This document shows positions 1 through 10,731 of a DNA stretch of 64,000 nt, in pieces. The stretch lies in assembly GCA_004431415.1 (NCBI GenBank), contig QPMI01000514.1:124001-188000 (forward strand), given 5' to 3'. The translations under genes and the position numbers were made by a program. Position 1 is the first letter of the stretch. The number at the start of each line of letters is the position of its first letter. The stretch is from Cyanophora paradoxa CCMP329 (taxonomy: Eukaryota; Plantae; Glaucophyta). Under the pieces are notes generated by a model that was not told where the DNA came from, searched no databases, and saw only the letters and a program-made list of their open reading frames with translations.

Positions 1-1926
1 GGCCGGAGGGGGCGGCAAGTTTGGCAAGTTAAGTTCCAGGTTCAGGGGAAGGGGGGGCAGGTCCAGACTCCCCGCGGTGGGGATGGGGAGGGGCGGCGTG
101 ACGGGTTCCTCGGAGGGCCCCGCCGGGGGTAGGAGGTTGATGTCGGGGGAGGGGGCAAAGGTGATGCGGGGGCCGGTCTTGGGGCGGACTGGGGGAACGG
201 GGAGCGAGAGGCCCTTGCCGGAGTTGGAGGGGGAGCGTTTCTCGTGCTCCGTGAAGGAGGGGAGGGAGGGCACGAGGGAGCGCCGCCGGACGTTCGTCGG
301 CGCGTTCATCGGCGTCGAGGACGGGGCGGCCATCGAGGTCCCGGGGGTACGCGGCCCCGTGAACATCTCGCGCTGCGGGGCGCGCGGAAGTGAGCGGAGA
401 GGGGCACGGAGACGGATCGGGGGAGGGGGGGGTACCGCGGCTTCCTGCTCCTGCTCGAGAGTCGCGTCGAAAGTCTGCTTGAGCATGCGGAGGAGCTGCG
501 CCGGGGGCGTCGGCGGCCGGCGAGTGGCCACGCGCAAGCGGGGTGCCGACCTGCTTCGAGCCCCGGCGGCCGTCGGAGGGCCTTCGGTCGTCCTCCGGGT
601 TTCGCTCGAGGGGCGCGCTGGGCGCGAGCCCAGGCCCGGCCCCCGCCCCCGCCCCCGCCCCCGCCGCCCCCGGCGCCAGCGCCGGCGCTGGAGCCGGCGC
701 GACCATCTGCGGGTCGCTCTGCGGGCCCCCAGTGAGGCGGACGCCCAGACGGGTACGATGAAAACCTCTCCAAAAGTACTAAGTACCTGGTGCCGCTCGA
801 AATCGATGTCGACGGTCGCGAGCTGCTTCTTCATCGCGATCAGAATCTTCCCGATCACGCTGCGGGGGGTACGGCGTCAAGCCCCGGGCGGCTGAGCGCG
901 GGGGGGGGGTACGGCGCCCGCACCGCTCGGCGAAGCCCGTCGGAGGCGCGTCGCCGTTCGCCTGGCCGGTCCCCAGGCTCTTCTTGCGGGGCCCGCTCGG
1001 CCCGCCCTCCGGCCCGGGCCCCGGCGAGGCGGCGGCGCCCCGCTGCCCCGGCGTGCGCCGCCCCTGCCCCGTCGGCGACGGGGTCTTGTCGTGCGGGCCC
1101 GAGGAGGCGGGGCCCTCTCCCCCGGAGGCCTCGCCGGCGCTGGTCTCGCCGGGCTCGCCCCCCGGGGCGCCCTCCTCGTCGAGGGGCTCGGCGTCGGCGG
1201 GGACGCCGAGCCCGACGCGCTCGCGGAAGACGTGGTCGAAGAGCTGCAGCTCCGCCCTGCCCCGCCCCGCCCCGCCGGCCCCTCAGCGAGGGAGGGGCGC
1301 GAGGGCGCGCGCTGCTGCGCACCGGACGGCGTTGACGAGGTGCTCCCCGTCGTGCCCGGCCGCCGCCGGCCGCGCCGCCGCCTCATCCTCCCCGCCCGTC
1401 CTGCAGTCGATCCTTGAGCCCTGACCACGCGCGGGCGCGAGCGGCGGCGCCGGGCGGGCGGACCGCTTGCGGGCGAGGGCGCCGGCCTGGACTCTGGAGC
1501 GCCACTTGGAGACCGCCTTCTTCTGGAGCTGGACGCGCTTCACGATCGTGAGGAAGATGTGCCACCTGCGCCGCGAGGCCGCTCGGCGGCGAGGCGCGCG
1601 TGGCGCGGGCGGCGGGCGCGGGGCGGACGGCTGGATGGTCTCGTCCGTCTCGTATTCATACTTGAAGTCGTCCCCGTCCGGATCCTCGTCATTATCGTCA
1701 ATAACTGGCGTCGCGGCAGCCGGTGAGACCCAGTGTGCACGGGCTCGGCCCCAGCGAGATCCTCCGCGGACCCGACCGGGCCCAAGCCAGGCGCAGGGCG
1801 GGCGGCGCGCAGGCCGGCGAAGCTACCTGCAGTGAATACGGGGTCCTGGTTGATCGTTGAAAACATGCGCGGCAGCTCCTCGGTCCAATCTTCCGCGACC
1901 TCGTAGTCGCCATCCCACTCGTACAT
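1..1926 (-). CDS. Hypothetical multi-exon protein, runs off the left edge
   Basis: ATG at 1926 (MYEWDGDYEVAEDWTEELPRMF...). Protein-like exons such as WHIFLTIVKRVQLQKK, ELQLFDHVFRERV and SVIGKILIAMKKQLATVDIDFERHQ are separated by GT-AG introns; Pro-rich segment at the window edge. No family recognised. Confidence 0.6.
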
Positions 1927-2417
1927 AGCTAATCAGCCAGAGAGCCCCAGCCGAAAGGCTGAGTTCAGAACTGAATTGCTGCCACCTTGCCTTGCAGCGA
2001 GTGCGGATTTCTGATTGCGGACCGGAGTTGCTGGCGCGCGCCAGGCGCCGCACTAGCGGCGCCCGCTACCAAAACTAGACCAACATCTAGATTGCAGTCG
2101 ATCTGGGCTGGCGGGGAAAGGGGCGAGCCGCGGAACGATGCGCTAGGTTGCGAGCTTTCGATAGTTGACGTACCCTGGCCAAGTCGTCGAGCGACCCGAA
2201 CAACTCGAACCCGGCATCGCGGCGCACCGGAAACCGTCGAGGGAGCTCGCAAGCACGCGCAAGTCGCTCGGACGCAGACCGAGCCGAGCACCGCTGCGCA
2301 AGCCGCCGAGCACCGCGCATCCAGAGATCCTGAGCGCGGCTCCGTGGAGCCGCGTCGCCGGCGAAGGCTCGACGGGGGCGCGGCGGCCGGCGGCCGGTCG
2401 CCGGCGTCGCGGGGTCG

Positions 2418-4217
2418 ATGGCGCAGCCCGGAGGCGCTGCCCAGCGCCCGTACATGACAGTGAAGAGCTGCGAGAACTGGGCGAAGACGATCCTCATCAC
2501 GCAGCTAGTGGACGCGGGAGAGCGGGTGCTCGACCTGCAGTGCGGCAGGGGACAGGCGAGCGCCCCCGTCGAGCGCCCCCACTCTGCGCTGGCCCTGTTC
2601 GAATTCCGCGCAGGACATCGGCAAGTGGGAGCGGGCGAAGATCGCGTCGCTTCTGGCGATGGACCCTCAGCAGCAGAACGTGGACGTTGCGCGGGAGAAG
2701 TGGCAGCAGAAGGGGAAGCCCTTCGCGGCCGAGTTTGAGGTCTTCGACGCGGCGGCGGGGCACATCGAGGACGTGGTGCACGACCTGACGTTCCACGCGG
2801 TCTTCTGCGCGGGGCCGCTGGAGCGCAGCTTCGCGAGCGAGGAGAGCGCGCGCGCGCTCCTCAAGAACGCCGCGCTCCGCCTTCGGTCGCACGGATTCCT
2901 CTTCGGCAGCATGCCCGACTCCTCTGCCATCTGGTGCCGCCCGCGCCCTCCCGAGCGGGCCGCTGCGGCGCCGGGCCCCGCAGCCGCCCCCGCTCACCGC
3001 CCCGCCCCGCCCCGCCCCGTCCCGCCGCAGGTACCGAGCGCAGAAATCGTCCTCCGGCGTGCGGGGCGAGGGCTACTCCATCCGCTTCGAGGCGCGCTCC
3101 GCCGCGTGTACCCCCCTTCGCGCCTCATCCCTCCTCCCGCAGGGCGACTTCCTGCCCTTCGGGACGCGGGCGACGATCAAGGCGAGGGAGGGCGCAGCTC
3201 GTGTACACCCGCCCTCGCTGACGGCAGGCCTCGCAGTTCGACGACGGGGCGCCGGCGACGTCGGACTACCTCGTCCACTTCCCCACCCTCATCAGGCGAG
3301 CGAGCAGTGGCGAGCCGGCGGGTCGTAGGCTCTCGCACTAGCACAGAGCACCGCTTCAAGGGGCTCTACGGGCTCGCCATCTGAGGCGGCTCTCTCGGCA
3401 GGCTGGGGCGGGAGTACGGCCTGAAGCTCATCGAGGCGACCAACCTGCTGGAATTCTTCGAGGACCACAAGGTGCGCCCCGAATCGAGGGAGGAAAATGC
3501 ACTCTGAGGAGGCTTCCGCGCGGGACGGGCCCTTGGCTTGGAAGCTCGGGATCGCTAGCTTCTTACTTGCCGGCCCCCGGCGAGGGTCCCGGGGCCCCCG
3601 CCGACGCCGCCCCGCCTCTGACGGACCGCGCGCCCACAGCGCAAGAACCTCGGCATGCTCGTCTCCGAGAAGGTCCGTACCCGCCTTCCCCCTCCCCCTT
3701 CCCCCTTCCCCCTCGCGGACCGCGCCGCGCGCCCCCTCAGGTCGCCGACAAGAAGGGGCGCCTGCTGCACAAGTCCACGGCCGAGCTGCTGGGTGCGCAC
3801 GAAGTGACTGCGGCACCCCGGACAATCCCCGCCTCCCCGCCGCCCATGCCGTACCTCCGCAGGCCTGTACACAACGTTCGTGTTCCAGAAGGTGGAGGGG
3901 GGTACGGGGGAGGTGCCGGACTCGCCGGCGCCGCCCTCGTCCCCCGGGGCGAAGAGCCACGGGAGCCCACCGGCGGGGGAGGACGAGGCCGGGCCCGGGG
4001 GCCGGGGTACAGGCAGCGCGCCGGGGAGCCCGGCCGAGAGCCGCGCGGACTCGAACCGCGGGTCCGACGTCGACATGGAGGAGGGGGACGAAGACTGGAA
4101 ATCTTTCCTCCCCCCAATGGGTGCGCGTACCCCCGTCCCCCTCCCCTCTCCTCCGTCCCTGTCCTAATCTTCCCACACACCTCGCCGCCTGACAATCTCC
4201 CCGCCCTGGCAGAGTGA
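2418..4217 (+). CDS. mRNA cap guanine-N7 methyltransferase-like, plant 'methyltransferase 2' type; 10 exons
   Basis: Spliced product includes NWAKTILITQL..VLDLQCGRGQ|DIGKW, SFASEESARALLKNAA, GSMPDSSAIW, DYLVHFPTLI|RLGREYGLKLIEATNLLEFFE and ELL|GLYTTFVFQK, all Abd1/RNMT family motifs. Intron 1 is 2556-2613 (GC-AG); the last coding exon is AG-TGA at 4213-4217. Confidence 0.88.
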
Positions 4218-4733
4218 AGCTGAAGCGGGCCCTGCCCGCCCGACACGCGTACCCCTCCATCCCTCCAAGCGCACCCCGCTCGTCTCCCTGTCCTCACCCC
4301 TACCTACCTCCTACCCTCCCAGCCCTCCTACGCCCACCGCCAGCAACCCTAACACTGCAGCGGTGCTCCGCCCCCCCCCCCCCCCCCCCCCCCCCCCACC
4401 CCCCTCCCCCCCCCCCTCCCGCCCGCGACTTCGCGCGCCCCTTCCCCGCCCAACGCGTCTGCTTCCCGCTTCCCTCCTCCCGCCCCCCACTCCCGCTCGC
4501 GGCTTCGCGCACCCCTTCCCTTCCATTCCAGTCAACGCAGGCTGCGCCGAATGCAGCTTGCAATTTCGTGCACTCCGTCGCACCGCCGGCGCTTGGAGGG
4601 GTTGGGAGGGGCGGGTGCGGGGGCGAGCCTCGCCTCGCTGACGGCGGGGCGGCACATGCTAGACGCGTGCCGGCGCTGGACACGGCGCAGCGGCCTCGAG
4701 GCAAGCGGGGTGGCGGGCAGCGGGGGCGGGCGG

Positions 4734-6644
4734 CTAGGGCGTGGCCTCCTGGCGGAGGCGGAGGGCGAGGTCGTAGACGGCCTTCTTCTTGGCGCCCGTC
4801 TTCCCCGCCACAAGCTTCGCCGCCTCCGACACCTGAGCCGCCACGCCGCCCCGCCGTCAGGCAGCCCCGGCGCCGTCCAGGCGAGGGGGGGTAGAGGAGC
4901 CCGGCGCACCGCGATGCCGGCCTCGAAGCACTTCCTCAGCTCCGCCACGAGCGCCGCCTCCGACTGCACCCGCTCCGGATTCGAACAGGAGCGGTACGGG
5001 GAAGGGCTACCTCCCCCACTCACCGTGGCGGCGGCGGCAGCGGCGGCCCCCGCGCCCCCCTCGGGAGGCGCAGACACGATGATCGTGAACTCGCCTGCGA
5101 TACGAAATTCATCCGAAGGAAATCGAAGCTCAAGAAAAAGGGCAAAGGGGTGGGGGGCGGCGTGGGGGGTGGAGGAAATGGACGGGTCCGGGGAGGGGGG
5201 GGGGGGGGGGGGGGGAGTACCGCGGGGCTCGCGGCGGGCGAACTCGGCGCGGGCGCCGGCGAGGGATGTCCGCAGGAACTCCTCGTGCAACTGCGTACCC
5301 CCCAGACGTCAAAAAGGACACAACACGAGTCGGGAGGGATGTAGATCTGAAGTCTTGTTTGAGCTGCGCGCGCCTTGGTGAGCTCACGGGCGAGCACGAC
5401 GGCGCGCTCCCCGCCCAGCGCCCCCTCCAGCGCCTCCAGCGTCGACTGCAGCCGGTGCGGCTGCCGGGGGTACGCCGCTCAAAGGGGGTACGGGGTTGCA
5501 TCGTGGGGGGTACGCACGGCCTCGTAGAGGATGAAGGGGCGGCGCTCGGACTTGAGCGCCTCGACGGCCTCGCGCCGCTCGCGGCCGCGGGACGGGAGGA
5601 AGCCGACGAATGCGAAGCTGTCCAGCGGCAGGCCCGAGGCGGCGACGGCGGCCTGCGGGGGCACGTCTGCATTCGAGTGCGGGGGCGCGCGCGGCCGACT
5701 GGCTCGCCATCGCCGCGCAGGCCCCGGGGACGGGAGTGACGGGGACGCCGGCGATCGCGCAGGCTCGCACGAGCTCCGCCCCCGGGTCCGAAATGCCCGG
5801 CGTCCCCGCGTCGCTGCGGGCCGGGGCGGGCCGTCAGAGGAATGAATTCGATCCGGGGTTTGATCGCGCGCGTGCCTGACAACAGCGATGGCGTCGCCGG
5901 AAAGGAGGCGGTCCACGAGCTCGGGGACCCGCTCCCGCACGTTGTGCTCGTGGTGCGAGATGAGCGGGGCCTGCGGAGGCCCGCGAGAGGGTCATCGCGC
6001 GAAGCGGGACGCTGTGGCTGACGGCGCCGGAGACGCGCCTGGATGCCGAAGTGGCGCAGAAGTCGGATCGTGTGACGCGTGTCCTCCGCGGCGATCGCAT
6101 CCACCTGGGCGAAGAGCGGCTCGGCCGGGCGCAAAGTCCGGCGCGTCGACGTTGCCCGCGCGCGCGGCGCTCTCGGCGCACCTGCTTAAGGACATTCAAA
6201 GCCCGCAGGCTGTGTGCGTAAGGGCGACGGCGGCGCGATCAGTTGCGGGTGTCCGAAGAGAACTGCGGGCTTCGCGGCGGCGGCGCACGTGATGTCCTGG
6301 AGGTTGCCGATCGGCGTGCTGACAACGTATAGAGTGCCGCGCTTGATCGGCTGCACTTGCGGCGCCTCGGGCTCGTCAAGATCGTCGACGTCCTCGAGCG
6401 GCTCCGGCTCGGGATCTGGCGTACGGGGCCCCGCTTTGCTGGCAGCGCATCGTGTGGAGCACGTGCTCCACTCGGTCGATGGCGCCGGCCTTCGATGCTG
6501 CTGCCCACCGGTACCGAACCCGAACTGCCGCTGCAGAGCGAGGCGGGGACGCGGACGGCCCACCGCGAGCCTCCGAGCTGCTGGCAGGCAAGGCGTCTTC
6601 AGTGCGCCAGCCACCCAGCAGAGAGCCAGCGTGAAGCCGATCAT
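4734..6644 (-). CDS. rsmI: 16S rRNA (cytidine-1402-2'-O)-methyltransferase RsmI, probably organelle-targeted
   Basis: Exons [58 protein letters not shown]|[12 protein letters not shown]|LHEEF, EPRG|EFTIIV and KKAVYDLAL are the canonical RsmI/YraL motifs; ~130 aa N-terminal extension. Confidence 0.93.
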
Positions 6645-6970
6645 GCTCGCTGAAGCCCGCCGTGCGGGTCAGCTGGCTCCGTTGAGATTCGATCCGGTGA
6701 CCGGCCCGCGGCCGCGGACGTCGACGCGGCGGATAAATTCTGATGGGCTGCGAATAGCCTGCATGCGTATGCTGCAGCAGGCGGTATATAGCGAAGATTT
6801 TCTGGAGAGTCGAGGGACCACGCCCCGCGGCCTGTATACGCGCCCCACCCATTCGACCCGGCGAGTGGAGCAAACGCGGTTCGCGATGGAATGTAATAGT
6901 ATTATGCAGTAATATGCACACTCTGCGACCGCACAGATTCCTGTGCCCTAGCACAGGTATCGGAGCGCCC

Positions 6971-7649
6971 TCAAGAGGCTGCGGCCGGCTCTGCGGGCTT
7001 AGCTTTCCTGCGGAGCAGGCCCTTGACGTTCTTCTTGCCCGTGCCGAAGCACCGCGGGCACACGTTCTTGCCTACGGGGACAGAGGAAGGTGAGTAGAGC
7101 CAGGGGCGCAGCCGTAGCGCCGGCGCTCCAGCGAAGAGCGCATGCGCACCGGACACGTTGCACTGGGGGCACTCGACGACGGTGAAGACTTCGCCGGTCG
7201 TAGACTTCCAATAGCCGGTCCCCTCGCAGAGCGTGCACTGCAGCGGCGTAAGCGAAGGAAGGCGTGGAGGCGCGGCACGAGCCGCGCTGGCGCACCGGAA
7301 CAGTGCCGGAGCCGCGGCACTCAGGGCACGTATCATCCTGCGCGGCAGAAGTGCATCAGCTGCTCCGCGCTCAAGGGCCGATCGGCGCGCGGGACGGCCG
7401 TGCATCGGCACGCGGGCGCGCAGCGCCTTCCTACGCTATAGCTAAAAGCTGCAACGATTGCCATTCGTAGAGCACGCGAGGCCGCGGGAGGCGGGCTCTA
7501 TCATTGCTCACCCCGTTGCCAGCAACTGCCGACGCGAGAAGGCTCAGGCCCGTGCCCACGGCGCCGATGAAGACGCGCCGGGAGATTGCCAGTGGGCTCA
7601 TCTGCATCGGCGGCAGCGCCGGAACGCCGGGGAGACGCAGCGAGGCCAT
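6971..7649 (-). CDS. PSA2: DnaJ-type zinc-finger thylakoid protein, PSA2 (Photosystem I Assembly 2)-like
   Basis: Spliced CPECRGSG-TVP-CTLCEGTGYWK..ECPQCN|GVGKNVCPRCFGTGKKNVKGLLRR has four CxxCxGxG units plus the PSA2-type KGLLRR tail. The N-terminus has SRRVFIG followed by a hydrophobic stretch (Tat-like). Confidence 0.8.
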
Positions 7650-7783
7650 GTTTGCTCGAAGATCGCTTTGACGGGTACAGTCATCAAAGGTTGAGCAAAA
7701 ACGAGATGGCCCAAAACTGGCTTAGCTGGAGCCTGCCACAACCGCAGTAGCGAGAGCGGCACCGAGCGGGCCGCGTGGCACAG

Positions 7784-9859
7784 ATGGCGTCCCTTACTTT
7801 CCTACATTACACGCACAACCCAGTCTACCAGTTTCTTCAGGACGAGCTCTACCAGCGACATGTAAATCGGCTTTCCGAAATTGCGGCCGGCAAGAAGGCC
7901 CGGAAGGAGGGTGCGCCGCAACGCGGTTAGACCGCGCAACGCCCGGAACCTCACGCCTCGCGTGCCGCTCGCAGGCTCCTCGCCCCCCCGGGACGCCGCG
8001 CCCGCCGGTCCCGCACAGCCGCGGGAGCCGCGGGAGCCGGCGAAGCGCGCCCCGCGGAAGCTGAGGACGAAGGAATCCGTGCCGGAGGAGCTGAAGAACG
8101 CGGAGCCGCAGACGCGGCACACGCACCCGCAGCCGGGCAAGAAGGACCCGGAGGCGCGCGGGGGGGCCCTCCCGGAGATCGCGCAGACGGAGGCCGAGCG
8201 CCAGAAGCAGGAGGATGATCGCAAGAAGATCGCTTTCCTCCGCCTCGCGCAGGAGAACAAGGCGCGACCCGACCCTCCTGAACACGCGATCCGCGCCCCG
8301 GATCGACTTTCGATCGAACCTCGTTTGCGCAGGCGCTCGCCTACAACATGCTGTCGAAGCAGGCCTCGTACCGGCCGCTGGCGCCCTGGGAGCGCCAGTT
8401 CCTCAAGCGCCTGGACCAGGACATTCGACAACGCGCGGAGATGGCGCGCCCGCGTACCCCTTCGAGTCCCCCCCTCCTCACCCTCGCTTCCGGGGCGCAG
8501 GAGCAGGAGACGGAGACGCAGCGGTGGCTCCGGGAGTACAAGGCGATGCGGAAGGAGCGCGCGGCGCAGGTCGCGAGCGAGTACGAGCGTCCGCCGCCGC
8601 CGCCGCCGCCCCAGCCGATGCACAGTGCGCCGCTGCCGGGGCTCGGCAGAGCGACGCACCCCGCTCAGCGCCGCCGCAGGCTACCTCTCGCGGAACAAGG
8701 AGCGGAACCAGAAGGCGGGGGCGAAGCTGCAGCCGATGAAGCTGGAGCACAAGGGGCGGCAGGGCGCGGGGGCCAGGCCGCCCAGGGAGGAGGCCGCCGC
8801 CCAGGGGGGCCCCGGCGAGAAGGACGACATGAAGGCCCTCCTGGGAGACCTCCTCGAGTGCGTCTGCGTACCCCCCCTTTCCCGAGCCGGTGGTGGCCGA
8901 CCGGGCGGGGGGGGGGTACAGGATGAGCGAGGAGGAGCTGCTCCGGATGGCGGGAGGCTCGGCGGAGCCCGACGACCAGCAGCAGCACGCCAAGCGGGAG
9001 CCGGGGTACATGAAGTACGACTTCGACAAGGAGAAGGGTGCGCGGGGGCGGCCGCGGGAGGGCCGTACCCGATTCCTGAGCTGAGGCGGGGCGCAATCGC
9101 GCAGAGGAGAAGCCGCTGGAGGCGAGCGTGCGGGGGCTCGTTGAGGACACCCTCAAAGGCGTGGACAAGGTACCCCCTCCGTGGCGCCCCTGTGAGGTGC
9201 GGGGCTGACGGGCGCGCCCGCAGGCCCTCACGGACGAGGCGGCGGGCACGGCGCGGGAAGAGCCCGGCTCAGGTGAGACGCCCCCCCCCCCTCCCCCCCC
9301 AGCGGTCTCTCCGCCTTCTGATCCGAACCGGCAGCGAGGGGCGCCGCGCCGCCGCCCGAGCCGGCGCCGCCGCCCGAAGCGAAGGCGGATCCGGAGCCGG
9401 CGCCGGCCGCCCCCGCGGAGGAGGGGTATGGAGACGACGCTTTCGAGGCGGAGGCGGGGGCGGTACAGGAGGACAAGGGAGAAGAGCCCAAACCCGACCC
9501 TGCGCCCGCGGTGGAGACAGCTCCGGTCGCCCCCGCGGACAAGGAAGGGTACGGCGACGACGCGTTTGAGGCGGAGGCGGAGGGGGTACAAGAGGAGAAG
9601 GGGGCGGAGGCCGGTGAGGCCAAGCCGGATCCCGCGCCAGCGGCGGAGCCGGCGCCAGCTACGGCGGAGGACGACGCGGAGCGGCCCGTGCCCGGGGACG
9701 ATGGAGAGGGGGAGGAGAAGGGGCGGGAGGAGGACTACGGGGGGGACGATTTTGAGGCGGACAAGCCCGAGGAGGGTACGCTCGAGGGACGCTCTCGGAT
9801 TGTCTGTTATCCTGCTGACGCTCTTTGCAGAGGTGGCCGAGGAGGGCTCGCGGTCCTGA
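7784..9859 (+). CDS. Hypothetical charged protein with acidic C-terminal YGDDxFEA repeats
   Basis: ATG 7784 (MASLTFLHYTHNPVYQFLQDELYQRH); exons ALPEIAQTEAERQKQEDDRKKIAFLRLAQENK and LAPWERQFLKRLDQDIRQ; YGDDAFEAEA twice and YGGDDFEAD; GT/GC-AG introns. End approximate. Confidence 0.6.
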
Positions 9860-10731
9860 GGCGGGCCCGGGCGCCGTTCCCCGCGCCACGGTCCTTTAGT
9901 GTTGTTTTCGTAGTGGCTTTTTCTGTAGTTGGCCCCTGGGGGCCCCTTGCTTTCTTTCGGGCGCTAGCATTTTCGCTGTCGCCGGCGCCAGCGCCGACTG
10001 TGTAATTGAACGCTTTAATTTGAGGATCCCGGAGGCCGCCGGCCGCGGGCGCCGCGGCGCCCTCTTTGATCAATTCAAGCATCGCATGAGTATACGTATA
10101 CGTACGAATACTAGCACTGAACATGTACATGTTGACGTCGACGTTACGCCCCGGCCTGCGCATGCGCCGGCGCCGGCGCCGCGCGGCCCGCGCCGCGGCG
10201 CGCGGTACCGGCGGCCGCGCTGCGCATATGCATGCATATGCATATGCATCGATCGTTATCGATATATATCGCGATCGCGATCGATATCGACTCGCACGCG
10301 CACACGATATCAATAGCATGGCATGGTTGGTACACGTACCCCCCTGAATGCGGCTGACCCATCAAGAAACCGATCGGCGCGCTCTAAACGGCGCTCCAAT
10401 TTGTGATCCGACGCTCTCTTAAGTTTCCTAGTGTCTTGGCTTCGTCCGCGCATTCAACAAGATCCGATGATCATGCAGCTGCCGACGAGCCTGCCGTGCG
10501 CCTCTCTAGCTGCGCATGCAGCCTCAGTGCGCATGCAATTGCAAGTTCCCACGCGCACTGGCAGTTCAGTGCGCCACCGCGCGCGCGTACGCGTCGTCCG
10601 CGCGCACATGTACAAGATCGCGGTTCCGCCCTTCGCAATTCCAGCCGCAGCAGGTGGCGACAGCTGCAGGTGCTCAGCTGTCTCGCTGCCCTGCACCAAA
10701 TCAGCCGCAGCAGCGGCGCGCTTGAGCGGCG

